Numbered from the stretch's first letter, positions 1 through 12,350 are shown. The stretch is 64,000 nucleotides of DNA from Dicyema japonicum (GCA_011109175.1 RDEW01000037.1:345600-409599), one strand, 5' to 3'. Numbers and translations are program-made. The notes: generated by a model not told the origin, from the sequence alone.

Positions 1-61
1 TTAATAAAAGCGTGCTAAATAATTTTTTAAATAATTTAAATTAATTATTATTAAGACTCTC

Positions 62-830
62 CAAAGGACCTTAGACCGATCACGTGCATGTCTAACCTCT
101 ATCAATTGACATCAAAGTGGGTGAATAGCAAGCTGAGCAATTATATAGAAGCATTCGATTTAATCAGTGACAACAAGTTAGGAACTCGTAGAATGTGCTG
201 GGGCACAAAGGAACAAGCCTTGGTCAATGCATTAACAAACAGTCTGCAGCCATTGCAACTCAGCGAAAAAAACAGTGGATCATTTGGCAACAAAGTGTGG
301 AAGAATGCTCAATAATGACTACATACGTCGTGATAATGAGGTCGTCAGGTGCATACACACACCTGTGCAGGCAGTATGGAATAAAGAAATCGAAAAGACT
401 AAAGTCTCATTCAGTGCAATCAACGGTTGTAACTGAATTTGTGGAAATTCGCGTTGACACAACAGACACGAGAATAGAGAATAACAAGCCAGATATATTC
501 GTGCATGACAAAATCAAAAACAAAATAACGCTAATAAAAGTGGGAATAACCTCCAAGATTTTTTTGAAACATGTAGAAGTTGAGAAAGGCCGCAAGTACG
601 ATCTTCTCGCAAGTGAGGTGGGGATGATACACAAAGCAAAAGTATACGTGATCCCAGTAGTCATCCTTAGGGATGGAGTCGTAAGCAAATTTTATAAACA
701 CCACCTGAGCCACTTAAATTAGGAATGCTTTGTAAGAGCCTACATGCAGACGATAACGATCAAAAAAACGATGAAAAGCGTTTTGGGAGATCACGTTTGC
801 ATGTCGGAGTATTTGTCGAAATGAAAATGG
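62..830 (+). mobile_element. Internally deleted, frameshifted RLE-type non-LTR retrotransposon (microsporidia-like family)
   Basis: Conceptual translation: DLRPITCMSNLYQLTSK...GTKEQALVN (RT domains 1-2), joined directly to the CCHC knuckle CSHCNSAKKTVDHLATKC..RRDNEVVRCIH and the RLE motif NNKPDIFVHDK..ITLIKVGITS..VEKGRKYDLLA..AYMQTITIKKTMKSV. Confidence 0.85.
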
Positions 831-1199
831 AATTTGATGTTAACTAACTATTAACTATTTTTGTTTGTTTACAAATAAACTAAATTAAGAAACAATTTAT
901 ATATAAAAACTAAGTAAAATTAGCCGGGAAAAGAGCCTCCAAAATCACGGAACGCTGGATTTCTGGAGAGTTCTAACCACCATTTCCACTTGACTTGATA
1001 CGAATGAACCATGGAACGCGCCGTCGTGACTGCGAAACTCCAGTCACTTGACCGATACGTCCTTGTGTGTGTCTAGGAAAAAGAAACGGGCCAAGGTGAG
1101 GTCCCTGACAGTACCAAATTGTTAGAAAAAAGTAATAGTTGTGAAATAAAAATACATCAAATTTGACTCTCAGAATTATCCCATATCTGTGAAATAAAA

Positions 1200-1487
1200 A
1201 TGAACCCTTATTTGGGAATTTCTACATTTTCAGAAATTCTAAAAAATTGTGAAAGTTGGAAAACTGAAAATACAATTAACAAGTCAAGAGCCAAGTGGTA
1301 AACATCATCAACTTGATAATTCATTTGCTGAATGGATGAAATTATGAACCCTTATTTGGGAATTTCTACATTTTCAGAAATTCTAAAAAATTGTGAAAGT
1401 TGGAAAACTGAAAATACGATTAACAAGTCAAGAGCCAAGTGGTAAACATCATCAACTTGATAATTCATTTGCTGAATGGATGAAATT
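1200..1487. repeat. Tandem duplication, unit about 144 bp
   Basis: atgaacccttatttggg... starts at 1200 and again at 1344, near-identical. Confidence 0.9.
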
Positions 1488-1599
1488 AATGGTTTTATTA
1501 CTGAAGATATCAATTCATAAGCTAAAGTTAAAAAATTATTCTTAAAAAAATACAAAAAATAAGCTAAAGTATTTTGTAAAAAGCTTAGAATCAATGATT

Positions 1600-1757
1600 T
1601 TATTATTATTTATTTATTAACCCCGGAAACACCGAGAAAGAAGTTAAAGTAAACAACTAATTAAGTGTATCCAGTTTCCACTTCTACAGAGTCCATCCGG
1701 AATCAACATAAAGGGTAAGACGTCCATTACATGCAGTTTGGAAACCCCTCCAGTGGA
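1600..1757 (-). mobile_element. SINE-like family A, 3' fragment
   Basis: Near-identical to 11872-12030 and 43077-43230 (ttaaccccgga..accgag..aagtgtatccagtttccacttctacag..cagtgga) with a (TAAA)n tail. Confidence 0.85.
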
Positions 1758-1759
1758 TT

Positions 1760-2460
1760 TTGACTTTAAAAATTATTGTGCTATGTAAATAAACGGGTTT
1801 GAATGACAACAGAAGTTTTTAATGTTTTCATCAGTTATCATTGTGATGAATTACAATGTTACAGAAAAAAGTACTTTTTACTGATAATGCTCCACGTTTT
1901 AACGAAATTTTTTGAAAATTAAAATTGTATTCCTTCCAAAAAACACAACTGCACATCTTCAATCATGGATGCAGGCATAATCAAGAACTTTAAGCATTAT
2001 TATAGAAAAAGGCTTATTTTGGATTATTTACCATTGATTAGGAAAAAAAGATTTTTTTGTGAATGTACGGAAAGCCAGCATTATGACATCTTACACACAA
2101 AGTAAAAGAAGACCATAAAAATTGTTTAAAAAGACTGAGGCAATTAAATGTCTTGATTAATTTGCTAATGAAAATATAATGCAAGATCCTGTTTTTAATG
2201 GGTACCGAAAGAACTGAACATGCTAATGAATAAGAGATTACTCAAACAGAATTGCTCGACGAGAAGGAAATCATCATTCTTTGTGAAGATCATAATGTCG
2301 ACGAGGAAATTATTGATGCTAAGTGAAAAGATTATATGTGAAAACATAAATATTAACTACAATGAAATTAATATATTTAGTCCCTTCACAATCCGAAAAC
2401 CCTCACAATCCGAAAGGCATACAAATTTTTTTAGTTGGGATTAATGAAGGTTTACTGTAT
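1760..2460 (+). mobile_element. Decayed pogo/Tigger DNA transposon (DDE_1 remnant and right TIR)
   Basis: Translation fragments NKRV*MTTEVF, KKVLFTDNAP, IVFLPKNTTAHLQSMDAGIIKNFKHYYRK. Terminal gggattaatgaaggtttactgta (about 2437-2460) reads as a CAGTA-type TIR. Confidence 0.75.
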
Positions 2461-2845
2461 TTTGATACTGTACCCATTCTTCAATTTTATTTTTTTCCAA
2501 AAAACTCAAAAAAGTGATTATTCTAAAATAAAAAAATATATTTGTAATCCTTATTTAATAACGAACAAAAATATATAATTATTTTTTTAATGATTAAAAT
2601 CCTTGACCTGGTGTGAGCCGATACCACGTAACATTATAATTTTTGTTTTTAGAATATATCAAAAAATAATTTATTAGTTAACCCCTGATCTCCCATTCCA
2701 ATGAAAAGTTCCCAAACTGCAAAGATTTGATGTTTTCTTCCATTTCTTTTACTTCCAGATAAACTAATTTTGGGAAGTCTCTGAGGACACTAGGAACTGG
2801 ATACATTAGCTGTAAATTATAAATTAATTCTCGCTATATACGGAG

Positions 2846-2960
2846 TTAGTTACCCCCACCTCATTAACATGTAAAGACCAATCAAGCGTCCAACTAAAAG
2901 CGTTGGAGGTTCACACAAGTCCCTTAGATTCATCGGTCTTCATGGTCCAAAAAAGATTTG
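2846..2960 (-). mobile_element. 3' end of Ingi-like LINE
   Basis: Minus strand reads LRDLCEPP..LIGLYML then gtgggggtaactaac, the same terminus type as 53593 and 7954. Confidence 0.55.
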
Positions 2961-3479
2961 ATCGATAATAAGATCAAGATTCTCAGGTAAAAAGATCCAG
3001 ATTTTTCACAAAGTTGAAAATGTTCTGTGATAGTATTTTTCTGAAATCTCCATCAAGGGTTATTTCTGAGTCGTCTATTGGAGGGAGGAGATCTCCATCA
3101 GCACGCTTCCCTTTAAGAAACAAAAGGCTTTAGTTGATCGATCAATTTCGTAATTGTGGATTTTTTGGTTTATTTTTTGGAGATGAAGGAGGAATTTTCT
3201 TTAGCATCTTTGATGTAGGTCACTACTTCTTATCAAAATTTGGATGTTATCTTCTTTGTAGCAACTACAAGACACTCTTCTCGTTCCCACAAGGACCTTC
3301 CTCTCAAAAATCCCTTAGGCTGTTGTCCAACTGGTGCTAAGCCAACTACAAGCATACAAGGTTAATTACAATTTATTAATCAAATATCAATACCCCCATA
3401 AATAACTGAGTGATACCAACATGTTTCAACATTGCCCTCAGCTTGGTACAATGATTCTCTCTAATTCACAAACACTTAA

Positions 3480-3975
3480 TGGACAGAGAACTGTTTGATA
3501 GAACAAATAACCCGCACCGTTCTCCGTATTAATGACTCCAGGAATGTTGGCGGTGGGCGTTTCTTTACGGAAATCCATTGATCTGTCACTCTGCATGCTT
3601 TTTCTGTGTTGCTAGATATCAGAATTAGTCCAAGAAATGAATGAGTCCATGAATCACATGCATAGGAGATACCTGGCTGGTCAGGACTGTATTGTTTCTG
3701 ATATACTTTTAAGAAGGTTAATATTTCTAACATTTGGAAACTGAATAGACAACGACAGTGTTAGCTGCACAAGTTATCAGGATAGATGATCCCTTAGGGA
3801 CGCTATTTGGAAAAAATCTTGATGCGATATTAAATCTCCAAATAAACACGTTTTCCCAACCACTAAGAAAGTTAAAAAGTCTGAGTTTAAGGCTTCCAGG
3901 GATTTCCGATTGCAATATTTCCAGTTAAATTTTTTTATAGGGACGGAGTTAAACACTTTATAAATATCCAAAGAA
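3480..3975 (-). mobile_element. Decayed APE-type LINE RT fragment
   Basis: Degenerate RT motifs DIYKVFNSV (DLSKAFDSV-like), NFLSG, SVPKGSSIL (GVPQGS-like), AANTVVVY (YADD-like). Confidence 0.6.
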
Positions 3976-4019
3976 AATAATAGAGTCTTTAAATTTAATC
4001 AGGTGATCTGTGATCCCAG

Positions 4020-6182
4020 CAAGCTACAATAGAGGCTTAGCTTGGCACGATGTTCTTCCCTCGAGTCCACGCAAGTACGCATCGCTCGTATAACTGGATC
4101 TTCGTAGTCGCAACATGTTCCTTGTTTCACGAATTAAGGATTCCAGAGGCATTGGAGACTGAACTTTCCAAAAGTCCATCGTTTCGTAATCTTAAAGCCA
4201 TTTTTTGGCTAGTTTTGATTTTCATGGAATTTGTCAAAGATAAACTGGCTTGAGAAAGTTCCCGAGCCATCTATGGGAAATGCTGGTGATTTCTGAGCAG
4301 TAGATCTTCATCGTTAAGAGTTTTCTGGGAACCGAGTCAAAAGCCCTACGGATGTCAACCGAGCACAATAAAGTTTTGAGGTGCCTGGACTTTGGGGCTT
4401 TGACCCAATTCCCTCCATAATAAAGTTAGTGTATATTTTTCAAGTGCGTACTTGTAGATAGGTATTTCTTAAATCTGTGCAGGAAGGATTCTTTAGGTGA
4501 ATATGGGAAGATGTGGTCCAAAACCATTTTCTCAAGAATTTTCGACAAAGCGCATAATAGGGATATTGGCCGATAAGAAAAAGGGGACTCTTTGTGTTTT
4601 CCAGGTTTCTAAACTGGGTGGATGTGGGCCAACTTCCAAATAGTTGGAATTGTGTTTCTATTTATGGATATGTTGTATATCTGTGTTAGTACTGTGAGTG
4701 CCCTGAGTCCAAGCTTTTTGATAACAATCATAGGAATTTTATCTGGTCCGCTTGAGTAGGTTAGTTTTTGGGATTTAATGGCATTTTCAACTTCCATTGG
4801 TGAAAACGATGTATGTACATGACATCTTAGTTTCATCAGTGACAGAGGGACCCTCGTACTTTCTATGGAGTAAGTAGCGAAGAACTTCATCATTCTATCA
4901 AGTTCATTTTTGCAGAAAACATGACTGTTTCTCTTCTCAGGGTTTTTGATGAGGGAGAAAGTCTTCCACATAATTGACAAGGACCCCTGTTTGTTAAACA
5001 CGGAGGTCATTTTTCTTCGTTTGTCTATTTTCCTTTTCTTAGATTTTCTTTATTTCGCTATCAAGCACTCGAATTCGGTATATAATTTCTGGTGATGGCC
5101 TTTGACGCTCTTGAGTCGATTACGTTCATTCATAATCCTCTTCGTTTTGTGATCAAAACGTTTGATGTAGGATTTGATTGATCCTTCCCTGATAAATATC
5201 TTCATTGCCTTATGGATCTTTTTGTTTACATAGTATACTGCATTATCGAGTGAGTTGAAACGTACAGCGTTGAAATCGGCTAAGTTCATGTCCACATATT
5301 GAGCAAAGCTTTTCCAATTCACGTTTCTGTTATCCATGAAAGTGTTTCGTCTTCTTTCCGAGATTAGCGTGCCCTTCATCCGAATGAAAATCGGATTGTG
5401 GTCGCTCTGGAAGTCATAATTCACAGACCAGTTGGCAAGAGAAGCAATGTTAGGGGTGACAAGGGTAAAATCAATTGAAGTCGTGTTGTCATAAGCTCTA
5501 TAGGATGTTCTTGTGTTCATCCGACAGTCGTTAAGGATTATGAAGTTGTCCAGTAGAGATAGAAGGAGATTTCGCCTTACATCAGCAGTTTGGCTTTTGT
5601 ACCAGGTCGGGTGTTTCGCGTTGAGGTCGCCACATATCAACAAATGTTGGTATTGGAGAAGGTAAATTCCTTTGGGCAGGAGCTGGCGGGGGTAATGTAC
5701 ATGTTCGCAATTGTGATATTTTCAATTCTTGGACGGATGGTAATTCCAATGTATTCCACAGGAGACGGAGGATTGTAATGTATTGTAATCGTGTGCCCGA
5801 TCTCACTTGTCAAGAGAGTAATAACTCCTCCTCCACGGTTGAACTGGCGCTCTTTCTTGATAACAGTGTATCCGGGAAGTGTTGGAGTGGTGGAAGAGTG
5901 TGCCAGTTTCGTCTCCTGTGGGAGACAAACGTCGATCGTATTTCTTCAAGAAATTCCTGAGCTCAATTATCTTTCCTCTCAATCCATTTATGTTGAGCTG
6001 GATGATGGAAAGAGATTTCGTTTGATGTCTTAGGTTTGATGACTCCAGAGATGATTAAGGGCGTTTGAGAGAGCCGTCCAACAAAAACATTCTTCTTGGA
6101 TTGGGGTGAGCAAATGATTCGTTTTATTGTGTGACTAATTCCACAGTTGACGCCACCAGAAACGGCGAACCACATGACGAAC
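4020..6182 (-). mobile_element. Ingi-like non-LTR retrotransposon, 5' half, decayed
   Basis: QLNINGLRGK (APE start), LICGDLNAKHPTW, SIDFTLVT, SDHNPI, SSGPDKI, WKLAHIHPV, YRPISLLCALSKILEKMV, DIRRAFDSV. Multiple stops and frameshifts. Confidence 0.85.
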
Positions 6183-6254
6183 GCTTAAGTTATAAAATCT
6201 TATTCAATATATATTTTGAATATTTAAATATTTGAATAACAACATTTTTAGTTC

Positions 6255-6726
6255 ATGTGGGGCCGGGTTTTTGTTCGTTCTCAATATTTTTTAATATCCT
6301 CTCTTTTTAAAAGAAAATGCACCTACAACACTTCAACTAAAATACTAAACAAAGTAATCTAATAGACTAACCATAGTTAACGAATAATTTGAGTTTTAAG
6401 TCCCGTACTTTTGCCTTCGTCAAACCTTTCACTAAAAAACTAATAGAGGAAAGGATAATATTGGTTTTGTGTCTTTTTGACAAAATCAACCCATCACATG
6501 TAGATTTAATAACAATTTCAGCTCACATTGAAGTCCAATTTCAAAACTGACCTTGGTTTGGACAGCTTTGATCAAGTGGAGATTGTTATACAAATGGAGG
6601 AGGAATTCCGTATTTCATGAATTATATATTGTAGAGCTTGAAATTCCTGATGTGGATGCTGAACGCATGGAGACCCCCAATGACTTGGTTCAGTACATTA
6701 TTGATAAAATGGACGTTATTGACTAA
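6255..6726 (+). CDS. NDUFAB1: Mitochondrial acyl carrier protein with N-terminal presequence; introns 6354-6376, 6500-6521, 6610-6634
   Basis: Spliced product MWGRVFVRSQ...IEERIILVLCLFDKINPSHLTLKSNFKTDLGLDSFDQVEIVIQMEEEFQLEIPDVDAERMETP..DKMDVID*. GLDS phosphopantetheine site present. Confidence 0.9.
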
Positions 6727-7519
6727 TTTTACTGACTTGTTTAATTTTTACTTTTATTTCTGTCTCCTTCCGATTATTGTGTTGATTAAGTCGGTGGGGG
6801 TGGCCAATTAGCAAAATAAATCGATACTAGCTACCTTCAGACCATTATTATCTCCCCACGTGGCACAGTTTGAAGGAGCTTTGTATACTACAGAAAAGTA
6901 AAAAAGAACGGTTGGATAGCTAAGGAAACTTAATAATCTGTAACTAAGGAAACTTTTAAAGGTTTCTTAATAGATAATTGTACTTCCCTTGATAAAGCAG
7001 TGGTTCTCTATAACTAAGTCGTACTGTCAACCGACAAAGAAATACTATTGACAAATGAGTTATATATGAAGCCACTTGACCTCATCACAAGGTTAAATCA
7101 AAAACTCCAGTAGCTCCCTTACCACTTGTATGAGGTTTTGGCTCACCTCCCTATAACGTCATATAGATGTGTTCGAATTAACTTCCGAATTTATTTTTAA
7201 CATTAATATAAAAAATAAAATTTTGACCTCTTCTATCTTGGAACCAGCCAACATGGCTTCTTTAATGTACCGGCGATGAATATACAAGTGATCGTCTTAC
7301 ATAGCACACGATAAAAGAAGCACTTACTCTCTCCATCTGCCTTTCCAAAGGAGATTCCAATGGGGGAAAACGAGAATATTGTGATTTAGAAGACAAATAA
7401 TTGATATGATCTGACAATTCACATTGTCAAATTCCTCCCCTTTCATTAAGACTAATCGGCATGCCTTCGTCAAACAGAGTAGTCAATTCAAATACTGAGG
7501 ATTTTCTCTTTTTAAGTTT

Positions 7520-7925
7520 TGATTTCATGACTGTGCTCAACAAGAATGCTCTCAAGTGTCCTACTTAACACGATTGACTGAATGTCGATTATCTAATCAA
7601 TTGATCAAAATAACATTGTGCTCAACAAGAATGCTCTCAAGTGTCCTACTTAACACGATTGACTGAATGTCGATTATCTAATCAATTGATCAAAATAACA
7701 TGTCATCAGGTTGAGGCAATTGGGATTATTTACACGTGAGCACAACATCTTTAATTCTCATGCAGCTTCTCAACTTTACTTATGAGATGTTATTCCATTT
7801 CAATGATCACAATATGTTGTATACATAAATATTAGGTTCATTGGTATGACCACCACTCATCATAGAAGTGCTCACTTGTATTTTGACTTTGACAATTGAC
7901 TGAACTGAGTGACTTTTTGATGCCT
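7520..7925 (-). mobile_element. Second, more decayed copy of the microsporidia-like RLE element 3' end
   Basis: Minus strand fragments KSHSVQSIV, IVIIEMGITS..KVEKL, IQSIVLSRTLESILVEH, homologous to 62-830. Contains an 84-bp tandem duplication (7533-7700). Confidence 0.65.
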
Positions 7926-7953
7926 TACAAACACAATCACATACCACTTGTTA

Positions 7954-8035
7954 GTTAGTTAAGTAACCCCAGCGTAACTAACTTGTAGGAGGCCAGCAGC
8001 TATTAAGTAGGATGTTGGTCGCTCCCATAGATCGG
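7954..8035 (-). mobile_element. 82-bp 5'-truncated Ingi-like insertion with 10-bp TSD
   Basis: TSD ccacttgtta at 7944-7953 and 8036-8045. Body near-identical to the 3' end of 53593-54002. Confidence 0.85.
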
Positions 8036-8072
8036 CCACTTGTTATAGCTTTTTACAATCACTATTAAGTAT

Positions 8073-8268
8073 ATTAAGCATTATAGACAAGAATTTTAAG
8101 AGTTTATATCTTTTATTATTAATTTATAAAAATACACCAAGAGCTAAACGGCTAATTAAATGTTTCCACAATTAAGCATTATAGACAAGAATTTTAAGAG
8201 TTTATATCTTTTATTATTAATTTATAAAAATACACCAAGAGCTAAACGGCTAATTAAATGTTTCCACA
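8073..8268. repeat. Tandem duplication, unit 98 bp
   Basis: attaagcattatagac... at 8073 and 8171. Confidence 0.9.
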
Positions 8269-8453
8269 AAGATGTGAGACAATCTAATATCGCACACGGA
8301 TAATTAAATGTCGCATAAGATGTGAGACAATCTAATATCGCACAAAACCATCTAGAACTAGCGGGAAAAAGAACACTTTAAGTCCTTACAGTTTTAGGAA
8401 TTCTTCCAATGGAGTGGGTGAAGTAAATTATTTTGGGAGAATACGATAAACGA

Positions 8454-8677
8454 ACATATCGCGGGAAGACTTGAAGATGCAGGATATCCTGTGCAACTGG
8501 AACGAAAAAGAGAAAAGATAACTGAGAAGGGGGATGTCTGCTTGAGTGTATTTTCATGAAAATTAACATATCGCGGGAAGACTTGAAGATGCAGGATATC
8601 CTGTGCAACTGGAACGAAAAAGAGAAAAGATAACTGAGAAGGGGGATGTCTGCTTGAGTGTATTTTCATGAAAATTG
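8454..8677. repeat. Tandem duplication, unit 112 bp
   Basis: acatatcgcgggaagac... at 8454 and 8566. Confidence 0.9.
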
Positions 8678-9006
8678 TAAGAGGAGTAAAATATTTGTCA
8701 TTTAACGCTGAGAGTGACTAATATTTCTTTGTGATAATAGTAAATACAAATTTAACCACAGTATAATGGGAGTTGACAAAAATGACTAAAACCTTGACGT
8801 AATACATAAATCGTCCAACAAATGTACAAATTAATGGTAGTTTGGATATTATCACATAATAGCAGGAACACTGAATTTTGTTAAAAACCTCAGTGATGAC
8901 GTAAGTAATAAACGTCACAATGTAAATTAAACAGAATTAAAATCAATTATAGCGTTAAGTGAACAATATAAATATTCATTAGTCTCCATGGCGTTAACCC
9001 TCAAAT

Positions 9007-9389
9007 ATGTAAGCATCATCTATATTCTTAGGCCAAAACCACAAACAAAAGCAACTCCTGAGAAAATCAAAAGAGTCCAGACAACCTCGGTCAACTCAAT
9101 GATTTACTTGTAGACTAAGATTACGACCACCAAGTCATCTAAAGGCAATAAAAATGCTGCAAATTCTCCAAATACTCCAAAAAAATCAAAACTTTTAACA
9201 AAAAAGAAAAAAATTAAGAAAAATGTTAAGCCAGAAAAGCCAGTAGGGGATCCAACTGGTTCAGAAGCAATAAAAAATCTCTATTATGTTTCCCACAACG
9301 CTCCACATGCCCTGAGTCTTTGTGGCTTCAAATCAATATATCTCCAAACAGCTCCCAAAATTAAGTCTGCAAAAAAACAAAAAAAATAA
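9007..9389 (+). CDS. SMKR1: Small lysine-rich protein 1-like; introns 9009-9031 (splits the ATG) and 9090-9113
   Basis: Spliced MPKPQTKATPEK...KPVGDPTGSEAIKNLYYVSHNAPHALSLCGFKSIYLQTAPKIKSAKKQKK*. Matches the SMKR1 core NLYYIAHN..CLHLRGF..APK as recalled. Confidence 0.7.
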
Positions 9390-9699
9390 TATAATAATTT
9401 TATATTTTTAAGTTTACAATATTTTTAATAGAATGTATATACTAAATACTTATTTACTTTAGTTCTCTCAACTAAGCCTTTAAGGATTAAGAATAACTAT
9501 GCACGACCATTAGTCAATTTTCTTTCCATGGTTAATTACTTATTATCATTTTACTAAACGATTAGGGTTTAAGGAAACATAATAATTTTAATCACATAAC
9601 AGATTCATTATTATCTAAGATATTTATATCATTAGGAAACACGCCTCCAAGACAGGTCACTCCCAAAAATCATACACTTTCATGTCAAGTCCTGGTAGG

Positions 9700-10720
9700 A
9701 TGAAGCAAGCAAAGAGATTTCGAACTTCTCTTCAGCCCAGAGATTCACTATGGCACATCGTAGCTGTGCGAGTTCTACTCTGTCCGCTGGACAAATTGAC
9801 GGTTTATGGCGGTGAGGAATCCAGTATTTTTCCAAGAGCTTTTGAGACGATCTTTAAAATCGGAGTAACCCTGCTTCTCACATGTTTGGGGAAATAAAAT
9901 CCTGCTCAAACATTACTCCAGGATATTTGACATGCTATTGACTGGTATAGTCGAGATAGCCTATCGGGCCTGGAGAACACAATCAAGTCATCTGATTTTC
10001 TTGGCTTATTCTCCTTCAGACATTCGAAAAGTTTTTGTGGAATATAGATGCTTAAAACTTTATTCAGTAGTTCGGTTTGACTTAGACATTTTTGTGTCGT
10101 TCAGTTGTAGATCTCCTCAGCGATTTAACTTTGTTCTAGGCCTCTCTCATATAAGGATTTCCAATGATTACTTTGGATAGCTCTTCCAACGTTTCAAGGC
10201 ATTAAATTAAATTTTTATCCCAGTTACGCTAATTTGTAGGAAACTGACGACCGTCAAAAAATATGCCCCTAAGGTAGGAGCTCTCAGAGTTCTACCACCT
10301 TCACTTTGAGTCCTAATTGTTCAGACAAAACAAAGAAGTCCTGAACTACTCTCCCAACCAGAAACGGATGATGACCACATTACAAGCATGAATGTTTCAC
10401 TCTGACGGTCCTCGGAAGCTTTAATCTCAGGAGGTATGTGCTCCAATATTTTGTTCTCTTCGAGGGTTCGTAGAACACACACAAACAATCATGTATACTT
10501 TTGGTCCAGGTTTGATATTTTGAAGGAGGTGGAATTTTCCTTAGTAGTCGTCGGAGATAAGAGAAGGTCCTCCATATGTTTCTGATATTAGTGAATTCAA
10601 GTACGGGTTGGGGTCAACGAATTGTCTGAGATATTGTAAGCTCCTCATTTCAAAGGGTAGGCTAAGGGAAAAATTTTCGACTTCCAGTTTAAGTGATAAA
10701 CGGGAGATGATTTTAAACAC
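9700..10720 (-). mobile_element. Heavily decayed LINE RT fragments
   Basis: Weak RT-like stretches only, many stops. Confidence 0.35.
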
Positions 10721-10829
10721 CCCGTTATAACTCTCAATACTAAATTTTGTACCTGCTTCGGCTTTTGTTGTAGGGAGAGTGATATTCCCTCTTCAAGTCA
10801 GAGTTGGAGTACGCCTCAGATCTGAGGCT

Positions 10830-12350
10830 GCAGTTCACTCCATCCTTATTTTCAAAAACCGCATTATTGAGGATTCTATGAAGCCTGTAACGAAAAATGT
10901 CCAAACATCTTAGATATGGTCAACCAATGATACGGAAAACAATCATCTCTTCTCTTCAGCACATATTCAATCCCTGCGCCTTCTGGGGTTCAACAGTTGA
11001 CCCCTGAGGAACCTCTCCTTTTCTCTTTATATATATAAAAAATTACCAAACTTCCTCGGTCCCTTCTAAACATCTGGTTCCTTGTAAGACCACCGGAGAC
11101 GATCTTCTGCTATTTAGAAGTGTAGATTCCTACCTTGTCTGAAGCTGAATTGGAACAGAATACGGATAGGTGCTACAATTGTGGGCTTCTCGATGTGGAT
11201 TTTTAAATAGCCGCTATCTCTTTCACGATGTTGTTCCCCGGAGAAAATTTTACCCCTGACAAAGACCTTGTGTTTCTCGGATCCTCAATCACTGGGTGTG
11301 CAATATGGAAAGTTCTATGAAACGAGCAACAACTACTTGTTCTCACACCTCATTATTACTCCTAGAGAGCAGTCCAACATACAGAGTTTTGCATATGTCT
11401 TCAGGACTTCCTTCCATTTCACCAAATGTGACAAACTCGCGCAAATTGACGGGATCTTCAACTCAACAGAGGAGCGTATCTTCGATGTTCAACTTGAGGA
11501 AGCTTCATTAAAGCAGGCCACACTACCGATCAGATTCGGCGATCTGAGAATTCGCCGCTCTAAGGGCATTTCTCATTATCTCCCTGGTATACGATACCCT
11601 TGTCAAGAGGATTCTACACTCTACATTCTACAATCCGTTTCAGAATTCTCTACTAACCACGTCAAGCCTAGAGGCGTAATTATCTGTTTCTCCCTTTATC
11701 AAGAACTCTCAACGGAGTTTGGACAATGCCTTGCGTCGAAAGTGATTTTAAGATCTACTGGTGTCACCTAACCTATACCGCTATGCTTTTTGGTTGTCGA
11801 CTCGCCTGGAAGAAGAGTGTTGGCAGATCTCCCAGAAGGCGTTAGACAAGCTTTGGATGCAGCCGGACACCATTTATTTATTTATTAACCCCGGATACAC
11901 CGGGTTTAAGTTAAAGTAACCAACTAATTAAGTGTATCCAGTTTCCACTTCTACAGAGAGTCCATCTGGAATCAGCATAAAAGGTAAGACGTCCATTACA
12001 TGCAGTTGTGGAAACCCCTCCAGTGGAGTGGGGGAGAGCAAATGATCCTTTTTCGTGCAAGCAAGGGACTGGGCACCACCTAGATAAGTGGATCACATGA
12101 CGCCACTCTAATAGGAAGAGAGAGGAGGAACAGACGATCAAACAGAAAACTTCAACCAATTAGCTACCCAGCATCACATTGCGCCACGCGGCGGTATTTT
12201 GAAATAATGTTCCCATATAAGCTCAAATTCCTGGGCCAACTAGAGATTCAGATTTATGGAGATTTCCGCGAGCGCTGCTGACTATTTGAGCGAATCTGAA
12301 TCGTAATCCTGAAAAGCAATATCCACGCTGTCATGGCCGTATGCCAAAAT
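10830..12350 (+). mobile_element. CRE-clade non-LTR retrotransposon remnant, interrupted by SINE A at 11872-12192
   Basis: GVQQ.DP.GPLLFS (about 10985-11025), DLVFLGSSI, LKQATLPIRFGDLRIR, and after the SINE LFERI*IVILKSNIHAV (CRE C-terminus QRLSVAIQRGNA-like). Confidence 0.7.
11872..12192 (-). mobile_element. SINE-like family A, full-length copy (about 320 bp)
   Basis: Head gccgcgtggcgc, conserved body, 3' palindrome ttaaccccgg-ataca-ccgggtttaa, (TAAA)n tail. Highly similar to 43077-43397 and 23345-23645. Confidence 0.9.

Noticed and set aside
10490-10520. LQNIKPGP as a possible 2A motif
   Set aside because: Lacks DxExN, and another frame fits the RT C-terminus better
11911-12159. 82-aa ORF, and the similar 47717-47959 and 47721-47909 ORFs
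   Set aside because: Chance ORFs within SINE A copies
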